Positions 32,196-43,109 are shown, counted from the stretch's first letter. The stretch: 64,000 bases of DNA from an uncultured Alphaproteobacteria bacterium (GCA_902614085.1 CACMJS010000001.1:197397-261396); one strand, 5' to 3'. The notes: a model not told the origin generated them from the sequence alone. Numbers and translations are program-made.

Positions 32196-32977
32196 TAAAT
32201 TTTTTTATAAATAGCTTTAAGCATTTTTGCGTCTACAGATGGGTTTTTACCAAACCAAATTTTAAAACACGGTTTGGCCTGTTCTATCAACATTGATATT
32301 CCATAAATCTTTTTATTCTTCGGAAACTGTTTGAGAAATGAAGTGTTTTTTGGACTATAAACAATGTCGCTTACAATTGTTGATTTGGTAATAAGTTTTA
32401 AGTGTTTTTTCAACATAGGGTTTATTGGTGTGGTATTAATTATTAAGAAAACTCCTTCAAGGTGTGTTTCAAGATCACTATATTTTTTTGTATACTCAGT
32501 GTTTTTTGAATACTTAATTTTTTTCTTAGATCTGTTGAAAATTAAAATATCCTTAAACCCCCTCTTTTTTAATACATAGTGAATTGCATGTGATGCGCCC
32601 CCATAACCCAAAATAATAACTTTCCTGTTTTTAGTTTGTTTTATATTTGGTAAGGTTTTGTAATATCCTGTCCAATCAGTATTTGTACCATTTATAGTTT
32701 TTTTATTTATTACACAATTTACTGCACCAATTTTTTTTGCATGAGCATCTATTTTGCCAAGATGTTTTATAATTTTGTTTTTAAAGGGAATGGTAACATT
32801 TAGACCAAGCGTATCTTTTTTTTCCAAAACATCTTTTATTTTATTATGAAAGTTTTTTTCTGTAAGCTCTAAATACCCGTAGCTTGCTTTAATGTTATAT
32901 TTTCGAAACCAATAGTTAAATATTGTTGGTGAAAGACTTTTAGATGCTTTGTTCCCAACTACGTAAAGTTTTTTCAT
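32195..32977 (-). CDS. aroE: Shikimate dehydrogenase
   Basis: SLSP, NVTIPFK, GAVNC, NTDWTG, GYGGA, DIVYSP. Confidence 0.94.
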   Translation of the reverse strand: MKKLYVVGNKASKSLSPTIFNYWFRKYNIKASYGYLELTEKNFHNKIKDVLEKKDTLGLNVTIPFKNKIIKHLGKIDAHAKKIGAVNCVINKKTINGTNTDWTGYYKTLPNIKQTKNRKVIILGYGGASHAIHYVLKKRGFKDILIFNRSKKKIKYSKNTEYTKKYSDLETHLEGVFLIINTTPINPMLKKHLKLITKSTIVSDIVYSPKNTSFLKQFPKNKKIYGISMLIEQAKPCFKIWFGKNPSVDAKMLKAIYKKI

Positions 32978-33564
32978 TTTTTTGAATATAAATAATCTAG
33001 TAAATTAAATAAAGGTAATCCCATAACATTAAAATAATCTCCTTTTATGCTCTCAATAATATTTGGCCCTAAACTTTCTATTTGATAACACCCTACAGAG
33101 CTTAGTATTTGTTTGCCTGTTTTTTTTAGATATGTATTTATTTCGCTGTTATTAAGTTTTCTTATTTTAACATTAGTTTTTTCGTAATTTTCCCAAATCT
33201 TAGATCCATTTAAACAAATAGTTAGTCCAGATACTATTAGGTGTGTCTTTCCTGATAAAGACCTGATTTTTTTTTTGGCTTTTTCAATAGAGTTTACTTT
33301 ATCTAAAATTTTTCCATTGTGATAAATGACGGTATCACACCCTAAAACAATTTTATTGGCATACGGTTTTTGTCTACTTACACTTCTTGCTTTTTCATAA
33401 GAAAGTTTTTTTGCAAAAATCTCAGGCTTTGTTTTTCTATTAATGGTTTTTTTAATATCTTCTTCGTTGCAATTTGGTTTTTTTTGTATGAAATTTAATC
33501 CTGCATTTTTTAATATTTTGTATCTAGATTTGCTTGAACTAGCTAATATAAATTTTTGGTGCAT
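32974..33564 (-). CDS. maf: Maf family nucleotide pyrophosphatase
   Basis: ILASSSKSR, LGCDT, LSGKTH, VGCYQIE, GDYFNVMGLP; ATG at 33564 preferred over the track's 33597. Confidence 0.93.
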   Translation of the reverse strand: MHQKFILASSSKSRYKILKNAGLNFIQKKPNCNEEDIKKTINRKTKPEIFAKKLSYEKARSVSRQKPYANKIVLGCDTVIYHNGKILDKVNSIEKAKKKIRSLSGKTHLIVSGLTICLNGSKIWENYEKTNVKIRKLNNSEINTYLKKTGKQILSSVGCYQIESLGPNIIESIKGDYFNVMGLPLFNLLDYLYSKK

Positions 33565-33986
33565 AAGTGTGTTAATAAAAATTATAGTTATAAACACTAT
33601 TAAATATAATTTGAATTTAAGAAATAGTTCTTTTTTTTTAAAAATGTGTTGTTAACAACTTAATAACTTTTCTTAATATTATTAGGTGGGTGTTAATATA
33701 TTAATTATACAAAATTAATAACAAGTTATTAGAAATTTATTAAATTGCTAATTATTTAAAAATAATAATTTTTTTTCAATATTCTTTAAATTAACATATT
33801 TGTTAGGTTTGTTATTCATATGTTGGTAAATAAAGAATGATGTAATAATAAAGCAGTAATTAAGCTTTTTAACCTTACAACTAATACAACAATTAAATAT
33901 ATAAATTATATATTTATTATTATTTTGACATTAACATCAATTTTGATTATTAAAATATTTCATTTCTAAAATACCCCAACAACATT
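33565..33986. other. Probable chromosomal replication origin (oriC)
   Basis: About 420-bp extremely AT-rich non-coding gap between divergent maf and rho, the syntenic oriC position of alphaproteobacteria; degenerate DnaA-box-like 9-mers (TGTTAATAA 33570, TTATAAACA 33588, TTGTTAACA 33649, TTATTCATA 33812, TGTTGGTAA 33821); parS/parAB nearby. Confidence 0.65.
33925..33953 (+). promoter_or_regulatory. sigma70-like promoter for rho
   Basis: TTGACA-N17-TATTAA upstream of the rho ATG. Confidence 0.45.
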
Positions 33987-35243
33987 ATGAATTTACAGGA
34001 ATTAAAAGGAAAAGAACCCCAAGAACTTTTAAAACAAGCAGATAAACTTGGTATAGAAAACCCCTCTTCTCTTAGAAAGCAAGATTTGATGTTTGCAATT
34101 TTAAAAACAATTGCTGAAGAGGGTGAAATTATTACTGGTTTAGGGGTTATTGAAATTATGCAAGATGGTTTCGGCTTTTTAAGGTCTTCAGAATCAAATT
34201 ATCTTCCAGGCCCAGATGATATCTATATTTCTCCATCTCAAATTAAAAAATTTAGCTTAAGAACAGGTGATAGTGTTGAAGGTGAAATTAGATCTCCAAA
34301 ACAGGGTGAAAGATATTTTGCTATAACTAAAATTAATAAAATAAACGGTCAAGAAACTGATTTAGTTAAGAACAGGGTTAACTTTGAAGATTTAACACCA
34401 TTGTATCCTGAAGCAAGATTCAAACTCGAACAAGAAAAACCTATGCCGGATAATACGGAAAGAATAATTGATATTATTGCTCCTCTTGGAAAAGGACAAA
34501 GACAATTAATTGTTGCACAACCTTTCACTGGTAAAACAATAATTATGCAAAAAATTGCTAATGCTATAACTGCTAATAGTCCAGACGCTAAACTGATTGT
34601 TTTGTTAATTGATGAAAGACCAGAAGAAGTTACAGATATGCAAAGATCGGTTAAAGGTGAGGTAATTAGTTCAACATTTGATGAACCTGCTTCACGACAC
34701 GTTCAGGTTGCTGAAATGGTAATTGAAAAAGCTAAAAGACTGGTTGAATATAAGCATGATGTTGTAATTCTTCTTGATTCAATAACCAGACTTGGAAGAG
34801 CTTACAATACTGTTGTTCCATCTAGTGGAAAAGTATTAACAGGTGGTGTTGATGCAAATGCTTTACAAAGACCAAAAAGATTTTTTGGAGCTGCAAGGAA
34901 CGTAGAAAAAGGTGGATCACTTACAATCATTGCTACTGCTTTAATAGATACAGGAAGCAGAATGGATGAAGTTATATTTGAAGAATTTAAAGGTACTGGT
35001 AATAGTGAAATGGTTCTAGATAGAAAACTTAGCCAAAAAAGAACTTACCCAGCTTTTGATATTGGTAAGTCAGGAACAAGAAAAGAAGAATTATTACTTG
35101 ATAAAGACGAGCTTGGAAAAATCTTTATTTTAAGAAAAATATTAGCCCCAATGGGAAGCACAGAAGCCATGGAGTTCTTGTTAGATAAAATGAAAAATAC
35201 AAAAACTAACAGCGAATTCTTCCAAAGCATGGGAACTAAATAA
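33987..35243 (+). CDS. rho: Transcription termination factor Rho
   Basis: [49 protein letters not shown]. Confidence 0.99.
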   Translation: MNLQELKGKEPQELLKQADKLGIENPSSLRKQDLMFAILKTIAEEGEIITGLGVIEIMQDGFGFLRSSESNYLPGPDDIYISPSQIKKFSLRTGDSVEGEIRSPKQGERYFAITKINKINGQETDLVKNRVNFEDLTPLYPEARFKLEQEKPMPDNTERIIDIIAPLGKGQRQLIVAQPFTGKTIIMQKIANAITANSPDAKLIVLLIDERPEEVTDMQRSVKGEVISSTFDEPASRHVQVAEMVIEKAKRLVEYKHDVVILLDSITRLGRAYNTVVPSSGKVLTGGVDANALQRPKRFFGAARNVEKGGSLTIIATALIDTGSRMDEVIFEEFKGTGNSEMVLDRKLSQKRTYPAFDIGKSGTRKEELLLDKDELGKIFILRKILAPMGSTEAMEFLLDKMKNTKTNSEFFQSMGTK

Positions 35244-35290
35244 ATATAATTTTTTCTTTTTTTTTAATTTTTTTTTAATAATAGAGATAT

Positions 35291-36727
35291 GTGTTTTTCA
35301 AAAAAAATTTTATTTTTTTATTAATATTCCTATTTCCAATAAACTTATTTGCCAATCAGTTTGAAAAAAACATAGAAAAACTCGGACTTACACTTTCTGG
35401 TCATTATATTGACGAAACAATGAAAAATGAGAATGGCAAATATGTTTTACCAAGTAGAGATTGGATGAAAAAAAACGTAAATAATGACAGGGCAATTTTT
35501 TTTAGAGAAGGCGCTTTTTTCGGTGATTTTGATGGAAACGGTAGGTTAGATTATATCACTTGGGGAACTGGTAAGCCCTGTCAAGAAGGTCAAAAATCTA
35601 AAGAAGGAAGGGTAGGATGTGGAACAATTAATACAAACTTACTACCCTACCAAATATACTCCGTAGATGAATTTCTTAACTTTAAAAAACTAAACAAAAA
35701 GGATGTTTTCGAGTGGGGCGTATCAAATGACAATGGGTATCCTAATGGAACATCACGTATAATAATACAAGATTTTAATGACGATGGTATAGACGACTTT
35801 TTCATTGCAAATGCAGCTGTAGAACTCAATAATGGTAAATTTAACTATAAAGGAGTTAACCCGGTTTTGGTTTCGATCGGACCTTTTAAGTGGGTCGCCT
35901 CAAGACATACTGGACATCTGGTCGATAAAAAAACTTCTACATTTCAAGGTTTTTCACATGGATCAGATGCAGGAGATATTGATAATGACGGGGACATTGA
36001 TGTGATAACCACAGATTTCACAGGCGTAATTTGTCATTACAACGACGGTAAAGGTAATTTTAAATCAAAAAAATGCATTACTAGAAAGAAAGGCGCTTTT
36101 TTTGTTGCGTCCCTTGCTGACTTTAACAATGATGGAATACTGGACATTGTTGCTGGCAACGCTCATTTTAATGCAGAATATAGAAAACAATCGCCCCAAG
36201 GAAATGTTGTTAAAGAAACCAAGAATTCACACTTCATTGCTTTATATTATGGAAACACAAAGGGTAAATTTAAACAAGCACACATACTTGAGCCAGCAAG
36301 AGTAGGGAATTTTGTCTTCTCTGAGGTTCCAGAAATGACAGCTTTTGATTTTGATAATGATGGAGATTTAGATTTAGTAAGCTCCAATGTTGGTATGTAT
36401 TATTCAGGATCTGCTTGGGTCGCCTATGAAAATATAAATGGCAAGTTAAAAATAGCCGACACAAATATTATAATTCAACCTTTAGATGAGTGGCAAGATG
36501 CAAAAATATGGGGCTCAATGGTTCAGTCTGAAAGCAATCCATGGAACACCTATTGTTCAAAAAGCATATTAATTGACGTTAATAACGACGGTCTTATGGA
36601 TCTCCTTTGTGACAACGCTGTTCAACACCACAGGATGACAAACCACTTCTTAATAAACACAGGTAACATGCAGTTTGATTTTGCAACACCCGAACAAGTT
36701 TCAAATCTAGTTGAGTGGTTAGAATAA
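35291..36727 (+). CDS. Secreted FG-GAP/VCBS-repeat protein
   Basis: Signal peptide; six D-x-D/N-x-D-G-x-x-D-type motifs (DFDGNGRLD, DFNDDGIDD, DIDNDGDID, DFNNDGILD, DFDNDGDLD, DVNNDGLMD). Confidence 0.85.
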   Translation: MFFKKNFIFLLIFLFPINLFANQFEKNIEKLGLTLSGHYIDETMKNENGKYVLPSRDWMKKNVNNDRAIFFREGAFFGDFDGNGRLDYITWGTGKPCQEGQKSKEGRVGCGTINTNLLPYQIYSVDEFLNFKKLNKKDVFEWGVSNDNGYPNGTSRIIIQDFNDDGIDDFFIANAAVELNNGKFNYKGVNPVLVSIGPFKWVASRHTGHLVDKKTSTFQGFSHGSDAGDIDNDGDIDVITTDFTGVICHYNDGKGNFKSKKCITRKKGAFFVASLADFNNDGILDIVAGNAHFNAEYRKQSPQGNVVKETKNSHFIALYYGNTKGKFKQAHILEPARVGNFVFSEVPEMTAFDFDNDGDLDLVSSNVGMYYSGSAWVAYENINGKLKIADTNIIIQPLDEWQDAKIWGSMVQSESNPWNTYCSKSILIDVNNDGLMDLLCDNAVQHHRMTNHFLINTGNMQFDFATPEQVSNLVEWLE

Positions 36728-36801
36728 AACACGCTTACTAAATTTAATTTTTAATGTCTTTCTTATTTACTTAATTCTATCTTGGGTTTAATTCCCAAAA
36801 A

Positions 36802-38088
36802 ATGAAAGTTTCAAAGGATACGATTTTTGCCCTTGCTACACAAAGAGGTAAATCAGGTATAGCTGTTTTTAGGGTTTCGGGAAAAGGCTCTCATACAATA
36901 ATTAAATCAATATCTTCTAAAAAAAAATTTAAAACAAACTTTGCTACATTAAACAATTTATTAGACGGTAAGAACGTTGTAGATCAGACGCTAACAACTT
37001 TTTTTAAATCACCAAAAAGCTATACAGGGGAGGATATGGTGGAAATATCTTGTCACGGAAGTATTTCTGTAATTAACAAAATAACTAAAACCCTATTAAA
37101 AAAACAGATCAGACTTGCTGAGCCTGGAGAGTTTACCAAAAGAGCTCTAATGAATGATAAGCTTAGTGTTTTAGAAGCTGAAACAATTAATGATTTAGTT
37201 AATGCAGAAACTGAAAACCAAAGAAAAATAGCTATTGGTAATTTAAGTGGAAATTTAGATAAGTTTATTTATGAAATATCAAATAAACAAAAAAAACTTC
37301 TGGCGGATATTGAAGCTATTATCGATTTTGCTGACGAAGATCTTCCTAAAGAAATATATAATAATATAAAAGAACAAAATAAGAACATATATAAACAAAT
37401 CGAAAAAATTATTGAAAGATCAGCCTTATCTAGACAAATTCATGACGGTTTTACAATAACTATTATTGGAAAGCCAAATACAGGAAAATCATCATTTATT
37501 AATTATATTAATAACAAGGAGGTTTCTATAGTTACAAATATACCAGGAACTACAACAGATTTAGTTAGCTCCACACTAGATATACAAGGAGATAAATACA
37601 CATTTATTGATACAGCTGGAATAACAAAATATAAGAATTTAATTGAAAAAATAGGCATTGAAAGATCATTAGAGAGTGCTGAAAAGTCTGATTTAAATTT
37701 AGTTTTTCTCAAAAACAATGAAAAGAAAAACTACAGTAAAATCAAATCAAAATTATTTGTTAAATCAAAATATGATACTAATAAAAAGAAAATTAGCGGG
37801 GCACATAGCATTTCATCAGTATCTGGTTATGGAGTTAAACCTCTTATTAAAACCATATCTTCAAAATTAAAGAAAAAAGCAATTTCTGGACCAGTCTTTT
37901 CACGTGAAAGACACATGGAAAGCCTAAATAAATCCCTTTTATTGCTTAAAAGTCTAGATTTAAAAGAAATAGATATTGCTGCTGAAAATGTTAGAAGGTC
38001 AATTATGTATATTGATGGAATTAATCAAAAATTTGATATTGAGAAAATTTTGGATATAATATTTAGTGATTTTTGTATAGGTAAGTAA
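36802..38088 (+). CDS. mnmE: tRNA modification GTPase MnmE
   Basis: DTIFALAT, SYTGEDMVEISCHG, GKPNTGKSS, DTAG, C-terminal FCIGK. Confidence 0.97.
   Translation: MKVSKDTIFALATQRGKSGIAVFRVSGKGSHTIIKSISSKKKFKTNFATLNNLLDGKNVVDQTLTTFFKSPKSYTGEDMVEISCHGSISVINKITKTLLKKQIRLAEPGEFTKRALMNDKLSVLEAETINDLVNAETENQRKIAIGNLSGNLDKFIYEISNKQKKLLADIEAIIDFADEDLPKEIYNNIKEQNKNIYKQIEKIIERSALSRQIHDGFTITIIGKPNTGKSSFINYINNKEVSIVTNIPGTTTDLVSSTLDIQGDKYTFIDTAGITKYKNLIEKIGIERSLESAEKSDLNLVFLKNNEKKNYSKIKSKLFVKSKYDTNKKKISGAHSISSVSGYGVKPLIKTISSKLKKKAISGPVFSRERHMESLNKSLLLLKSLDLKEIDIAAENVRRSIMYIDGINQKFDIEKILDIIFSDFCIGK
37896..37911. promoter_or_regulatory. parS-like site 1 (inside mnmE 3' end)
   Basis: CTTTTCACGTGAAAGA; perfect 12-bp core TTTCACGTGAAA of the TGTTTCACGTGAAACA consensus. 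Confidence 0.7.
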
Positions 38089-38102
38089 TTTCACGTGAAA
38101 AG
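38087..38102. promoter_or_regulatory. parS-like site 2 (mnmE-mnmG junction)
   Basis: AATTTCACGTGAAAAG; same 12-bp core, directly upstream of mnmG(gidA) as in other alphaproteobacteria. Confidence 0.75.
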
Positions 38103-38106
38103 AGAC

Positions 38107-39972
38107 ATGGACAATAAATTTGATGTAATTGTAATCGGTGGGGGCCATGCTGGCGTAGAAGCAGCATGCTCATCTGCCAGAACTGGATCAAAAACAGCTT
38201 TAATTACTCATAAAATTGATAAAATAGGAGAAATGTCATGCAATCCTGCAATTGGAGGTCTTGGAAAAGGGCATCTTGTTAAGGAAATAGATGCTTTAGA
38301 TGGAATTATGGCCAAAGCCACTGACAGATCCTGTATACAATTTAGAATGCTAAACTCTAGTAGAGGTGCGGCTGTAAGAGGTCCAAGGGCTCAAACAGAC
38401 CGAATTTTATATAAAAATGCTATAAATGATCTCGTATCCGGGCAAAAAAATCTTCAAATTATCGAAGGGTCAGTAGAAGATTTAATTGTTTCAAAAAATC
38501 AGGTATTAGGAGTTCTTTTGGGTGATAACAAAAAGATATTTTCCAAATCAGTAGTTTTAACTACAGGTACTTTCTTACAAGGGTTAATAAGAATAGGTTC
38601 TGAGAAGCAAGAAGCAGGAAGAGTTGGCGACAAACCCTCAATAAAGCTTGCAAAAAGACTTAAAGAGCTAAAGTTTTCAATAGGCAGATTGAAAACAGGA
38701 ACACCACCAAGATTACTTAAAAAAACCATAAATTTCAATAACTTAGACGAACAACACCCAGATAAAAAACCCATTCCATTTTCTTTTATCAACAGAGATA
38801 TCCACATTCCTCAAATATCTTGTTTTATTACCCATACTAATAAAAACACTCATGAAATAATTGCTCAGAATCTCAACCTTTCACCTATGTACTCAGGTGA
38901 GATACAATCAATGGGAGCTAGGTATTGCCCATCTATTGAAGATAAAATTCATAAATTCAAAAATAAGTCATCACATCAGATATTTCTTGAGCCAGAAGGG
39001 TTAGATAGTGATTTAATATATCCAAACGGAATATCCTCTTCACTTCCAACTGAAATTCAAGAGCAATTTGTTAAAACGATTAAGGGTTTAGAGAATGTTA
39101 CAATTACACAACCTGCTTATGCAATTGAATACGATTTTGTTGACCCACAAGAACTAACACACACACTTGAAACAAAAAAAATTAAAAATTTATTTTTTGC
39201 AGGGCAGATAAATGGAACAACCGGATACGAAGAAGCAGCTGCACAAGGTATAATGGCTGGGATAAATGCATCACTTAAAACAAAATCTAATAAAGAATTT
39301 ATAATACCCAGGTCATCTGGGTATATAGGCGTCTTGATAGATGATTTGGTTACAAAAGGAACTAAAGAGCCATATAGAATGTTTACTTCAAGGTCTGAAT
39401 ATAGACTTTTACTTAGGGCTGATAATGCAGATTTGAGACTTACACCTTTTGGAATTGATGTAGGGTGTGTTGATATAGATAGACAAAGAGAATTTGAAAA
39501 AAAATCCACAAGAATAAAAGATGGTTTCAAGTTTGTTAAAAATCACAAATTTTCACCAGACGCACTCCTGAAAAAGGGGATAAAAATAAACAAAGATGGA
39601 AAAAAAAGAAATATCATAGACCTCCTGTCGTTTTCAAATATTACAACTTCTAAGCTTAGAAAAATAGTTCCTGAGTTAAAAGACTTAGAAGATGATGTAA
39701 TTGAGCAAATAGAAATTGAAGCTAAATATGCCGGTTATCTTGATAGGCAAAGAATGGATATACAAGATTTTGAAAAAGAAGAAAATTTAAAAATTCCTAA
39801 ATCAACTAACTATAAACTAGTTGGAAGTTTATCTAATGAGATAGTTGAAAAACTATCAAAAATTAAACCACCTACACTTGGAGCGGCCTCAAGAATATCT
39901 GGTGTAACTCCGGCAGCCACTATAGCTCTTCTTAGATATATTAAAAAAAATAAAAACAAAAAAGCAGCATAA
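38107..39972 (+). CDS. mnmG: tRNA uridine-5-carboxymethylaminomethyl synthesis enzyme MnmG (GidA)
   Basis: [53 protein letters not shown]; ATG at 38107 preferred. Confidence 0.98.
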   Translation: MDNKFDVIVIGGGHAGVEAACSSARTGSKTALITHKIDKIGEMSCNPAIGGLGKGHLVKEIDALDGIMAKATDRSCIQFRMLNSSRGAAVRGPRAQTDRILYKNAINDLVSGQKNLQIIEGSVEDLIVSKNQVLGVLLGDNKKIFSKSVVLTTGTFLQGLIRIGSEKQEAGRVGDKPSIKLAKRLKELKFSIGRLKTGTPPRLLKKTINFNNLDEQHPDKKPIPFSFINRDIHIPQISCFITHTNKNTHEIIAQNLNLSPMYSGEIQSMGARYCPSIEDKIHKFKNKSSHQIFLEPEGLDSDLIYPNGISSSLPTEIQEQFVKTIKGLENVTITQPAYAIEYDFVDPQELTHTLETKKIKNLFFAGQINGTTGYEEAAAQGIMAGINASLKTKSNKEFIIPRSSGYIGVLIDDLVTKGTKEPYRMFTSRSEYRLLLRADNADLRLTPFGIDVGCVDIDRQREFEKKSTRIKDGFKFVKNHKFSPDALLKKGIKINKDGKKRNIIDLLSFSNITTSKLRKIVPELKDLEDDVIEQIEIEAKYAGYLDRQRMDIQDFEKEENLKIPKSTNYKLVGSLSNEIVEKLSKIKPPTLGAASRISGVTPAATIALLRYIKKNKNKKAA

Positions 39973-39973
39973 T

Positions 39974-40579
39974 TTGGATAAAGACACTGTAATAAAAAAA
40001 TACAATCTTAGCAGAAAGCAAATTGATTTAATCGATAGCTACATACTAAAGTTAACAAAAAACAATCAAATACACAATTTGGTAGGACCCTCTACAATTG
40101 ATGTTGCTTGGGATAGACATATTAATGATTCATTACAATTGTCTGAATTTATATTGAAAAAAAACGCATCAATAATAGACCTTGGTACTGGTGCTGGATT
40201 ACCAGGGGTTATGTTACATATTTTTGGACATTCAAATATATTATTGATTGATTCAAAGAAAAAAAAAATTAACTTTATCAAAGAATTTGCACACGAGCAG
40301 AACTTAGAAATAAAAACTATTTGTACAAGAGTTGAAAAAATCAAAAATCAAAAATTTGACTTTATTATCTGCCGAGCTTTTGCTCCATTATCAAAATTAT
40401 TAGATTATTCACGGCTTTTTACTAAAAAAAATACATCACTACTTTTTCTAAAAGGAAGAAGTGTTAAGAAAGAAATACATGATGCAAAAAAATTCTTTAA
40501 CTTTGAATACGATCTATATCCAAGTCAAAGTGAGGGCGATGGTCATGTGTTAAAAATAAACAAATATAAAAAACTGTGA
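39974..40579 (+). CDS. rsmG: 16S rRNA m7G527 methyltransferase RsmG (GidB)
   Basis: RHINDSL, DLGTGAGLPG, CRAFAPL, FLKG. Confidence 0.95.
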   Translation: MDKDTVIKKYNLSRKQIDLIDSYILKLTKNNQIHNLVGPSTIDVAWDRHINDSLQLSEFILKKNASIIDLGTGAGLPGVMLHIFGHSNILLIDSKKKKINFIKEFAHEQNLEIKTICTRVEKIKNQKFDFIICRAFAPLSKLLDYSRLFTKKNTSLLFLKGRSVKKEIHDAKKFFNFEYDLYPSQSEGDGHVLKINKYKKL

Positions 40580-41349
40580 AAAAAATTATTTCTATCTCTA
40601 ATCAAAAGGGCGGTGTTGGCAAAACCACAACCACAATTAACTTAGCCACTTCATTAGCGGCAGTTAAAAAAAATGTTCTAATTGTCGATGCTGATCCTCA
40701 AGGCAATGCTAGCACAGGGCTTGGGCTTGCCCACAATGACAGAAGGCCATCTATTTATGAAATGATTCATGAAAAGAGACTTCTTAAAGAAGGAATAAAA
40801 GAAACATTAATTCCTGGTCTAAAAATAATTGGAGCAAATACAGACTTAGCTGCAGCTGAGATAGAGTTGACAAATTTTGAAAACAGAGAGTTTGTATTTA
40901 AATCAATCTTTGCCGAAATTGATAATTTCGATTTTATTTTTGTAGACTGTCCACCAGCACTTGGCTTACTAACCATCAATTCATTAGTAGCGTCAAACAC
41001 AACACTAATTCCTCTTCAGTCAGAGTTTTTTGCTCTAGAGGGTCTTTCAGCCCTAATGCAAACTATCAAATTAATTAAAGAAAACTTCAACAGTGATCTT
41101 AAAATCGAAGGAATATTATTAACAATGCTGGACAAAAGAAACTCATTAAGCTCTTTAGTTGAGAAAGATGTAAGACAACATTTTGGTGATCAAGTTTACA
41201 AAACAACTATCCCAAGAAATGTTAAAATTTCTGAAGCCCCAAGCCACGGCAAACCAGCGCTACTATACGATACACAAGCCGCAGGCTCCATAGCTTATAT
41301 TGAGCTTGCAAAAGAAGTAATTTTAAACCAAAATAAAAACCATGAATAA
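40576..41349 (+). CDS. parA: Chromosome partitioning ATPase ParA/Soj
   Basis: NQKGGVGKTTT, DADPQGNAS, DCPPALG, IPRNVKISEAPSHG. Confidence 0.97.
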   Translation: MKKIISISNQKGGVGKTTTTINLATSLAAVKKNVLIVDADPQGNASTGLGLAHNDRRPSIYEMIHEKRLLKEGIKETLIPGLKIIGANTDLAAAEIELTNFENREFVFKSIFAEIDNFDFIFVDCPPALGLLTINSLVASNTTLIPLQSEFFALEGLSALMQTIKLIKENFNSDLKIEGILLTMLDKRNSLSSLVEKDVRQHFGDQVYKTTIPRNVKISEAPSHGKPALLYDTQAAGSIAYIELAKEVILNQNKNHE

Positions 41350-42181
41350 AGAAAACAAACTAGGTATGGGCCTGGGAGCTCTTCTATCAACCACTAACAA
41401 CAAAAATGAAGCTAATAATAACGTCCAAAAAATTAATATTTCTCAAATCATACCCAACCCATTACAGCCAAGAAAAAACTTCAAAAACGAAGAGCTTAAA
41501 GAGCTTTCATCCTCAATAAAAAATCAAGGATTAATTCAACCTATAATCGTCAAACCAACTGATAACAATCAATTTCAAATTATTGCAGGAGAAAGAAGGT
41601 GGAGAGCGTGCCAACTAAATGGAATGCACGAGGTAGACTGTGTTATCAAAGATCTCGATGAAACAAGTGTTTTAGAGGCAGCTTTAATTGAAAATATTCA
41701 AAGAGAAGATTTAAATGTTATTGAGGAGGCTAATGCTTACAAAGGCTTGGTTAACATCAAAAATATTAACAACGAAAGTCTAGCAAAATTAATTGGAAAA
41801 AGCTCAAGTCATGTTTCAAATATTTTACGCCTCTTAGAGTTAGATAAAAAAATTCAAGAAATGGTAATAAACGGAGATTTATCTATGGGACACGCACGAG
41901 CGCTTATAGGGGTTCCAGATGCAATTAATAAAGCAAATGAAATTGTCGAAAAAAAACTCAGTGTAAGACAAACTGAAAAAATAACATCAGAGTTTAAAAA
42001 CAACAAAAAAAAGAAAACATTAAAAGATCCAAACATAATAGATTTAGAGAAGGAGTTATCAGATAAAATAGGTTTGCGTACATCAATACAGTTTAATGAT
42101 AACGGCTCATCTGGTTCACTAACTTTGTACTATTCTGACCTGAATCAACTTGATGATTTAATGAAAAGACTTAAGAAATAG
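41342..42181 (+). CDS. parB: Chromosome partitioning protein ParB/Spo0J
   Basis: LGMGLGALL, PNPLQPRKNF, IAGERRWRA, ENIQREDLN, HTH and GHARAL. Confidence 0.97.
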   Translation: MNKENKLGMGLGALLSTTNNKNEANNNVQKINISQIIPNPLQPRKNFKNEELKELSSSIKNQGLIQPIIVKPTDNNQFQIIAGERRWRACQLNGMHEVDCVIKDLDETSVLEAALIENIQREDLNVIEEANAYKGLVNIKNINNESLAKLIGKSSSHVSNILRLLELDKKIQEMVINGDLSMGHARALIGVPDAINKANEIVEKKLSVRQTEKITSEFKNNKKKKTLKDPNIIDLEKELSDKIGLRTSIQFNDNGSSGSLTLYYSDLNQLDDLMKRLKK

Positions 42182-43109
42182 TAATTTTTTTAATATTTAG
42201 AAGAAAGCGGAGACCAAAAACTAAAGATAAGTTGCTATCTTTTCGCAAAACATTTTCAGTTGAAGAGAGCAATCTAATTAACAATTTTTTCTTTTTTAAA
42301 TTATATTTTCTAAAAATTTCTATCAGCTTATGTTTTTCTTTAAATAAATATACGGGAATTTTTTTTCTATATTCATCCTCACTTTTTGACTCTATTATTA
42401 ATTGACAGAAAAATTTGATGTAAAAATAAAACTCATTTACATCTGTGCTGGTTACAATTTTGTTTCTATAAAGGTCAACTATATCTTTGTTCTTTTTAAA
42501 TAGGTTAAAAAAAATTTTTTCTTTTCCAGTATCGCTAATTGTTAATAACTTTTTGACATTGTTGGATGTTAAGTCTTTTTCATCAAGTTCTATAATTTGA
42601 TTTAAACTATTTTCAAAAAAACCATATCTGCTATCCAATTTATCAATTAGTAGCCAATAGACGTCTTGTGAAATATTTAAACTTTTATCACTTAAAAATT
42701 TTTTTAAAATTTTTATCTTTGTTTCCCTTTCTAACTCATAACAATCTATTAAACCACTATCTCCATCCTTATTAATTAAGCTTTTAATTTTTTTTATTTT
42801 TTGTGAATTTTCTTCAACAAAAATGAAAACGCCATGCGAGTTTTTAATATTTTCTAGGCTTTTTTCATCAATTCCTTTGCATATATTTATTAAAAATATT
42901 TTTTGATCATCAAATAGACCAACCTCTTCAACAAAGTCTTTAATAGTATCAATATTTATAATCTTGGCATTTGTGTTTTTCTGGTATTTTTCAATAATTG
43001 TAGATTTTATTTTATACATCAGTGTTTTTTCATTACCACTTATGAAGTATATCTTTTTATCTATTCTAAAATTTTCACTTAATAAAATACTAACAGGGTC
43101 AATTTTCAT
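42171..43109 (-). CDS. holA: DNA polymerase III delta subunit (divergent HolA)
   Basis: Size and conserved leuS-lptE-holA order converging on parB; YFISGNE, IDCYE motifs; sequence is divergent. Confidence 0.7.
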   Translation of the reverse strand: MKIDPVSILLSENFRIDKKIYFISGNEKTLMYKIKSTIIEKYQKNTNAKIINIDTIKDFVEEVGLFDDQKIFLINICKGIDEKSLENIKNSHGVFIFVEENSQKIKKIKSLINKDGDSGLIDCYELERETKIKILKKFLSDKSLNISQDVYWLLIDKLDSRYGFFENSLNQIIELDEKDLTSNNVKKLLTISDTGKEKIFFNLFKKNKDIVDLYRNKIVTSTDVNEFYFYIKFFCQLIIESKSEDEYRKKIPVYLFKEKHKLIEIFRKYNLKKKKLLIRLLSSTENVLRKDSNLSLVFGLRFLLNIKKITIS

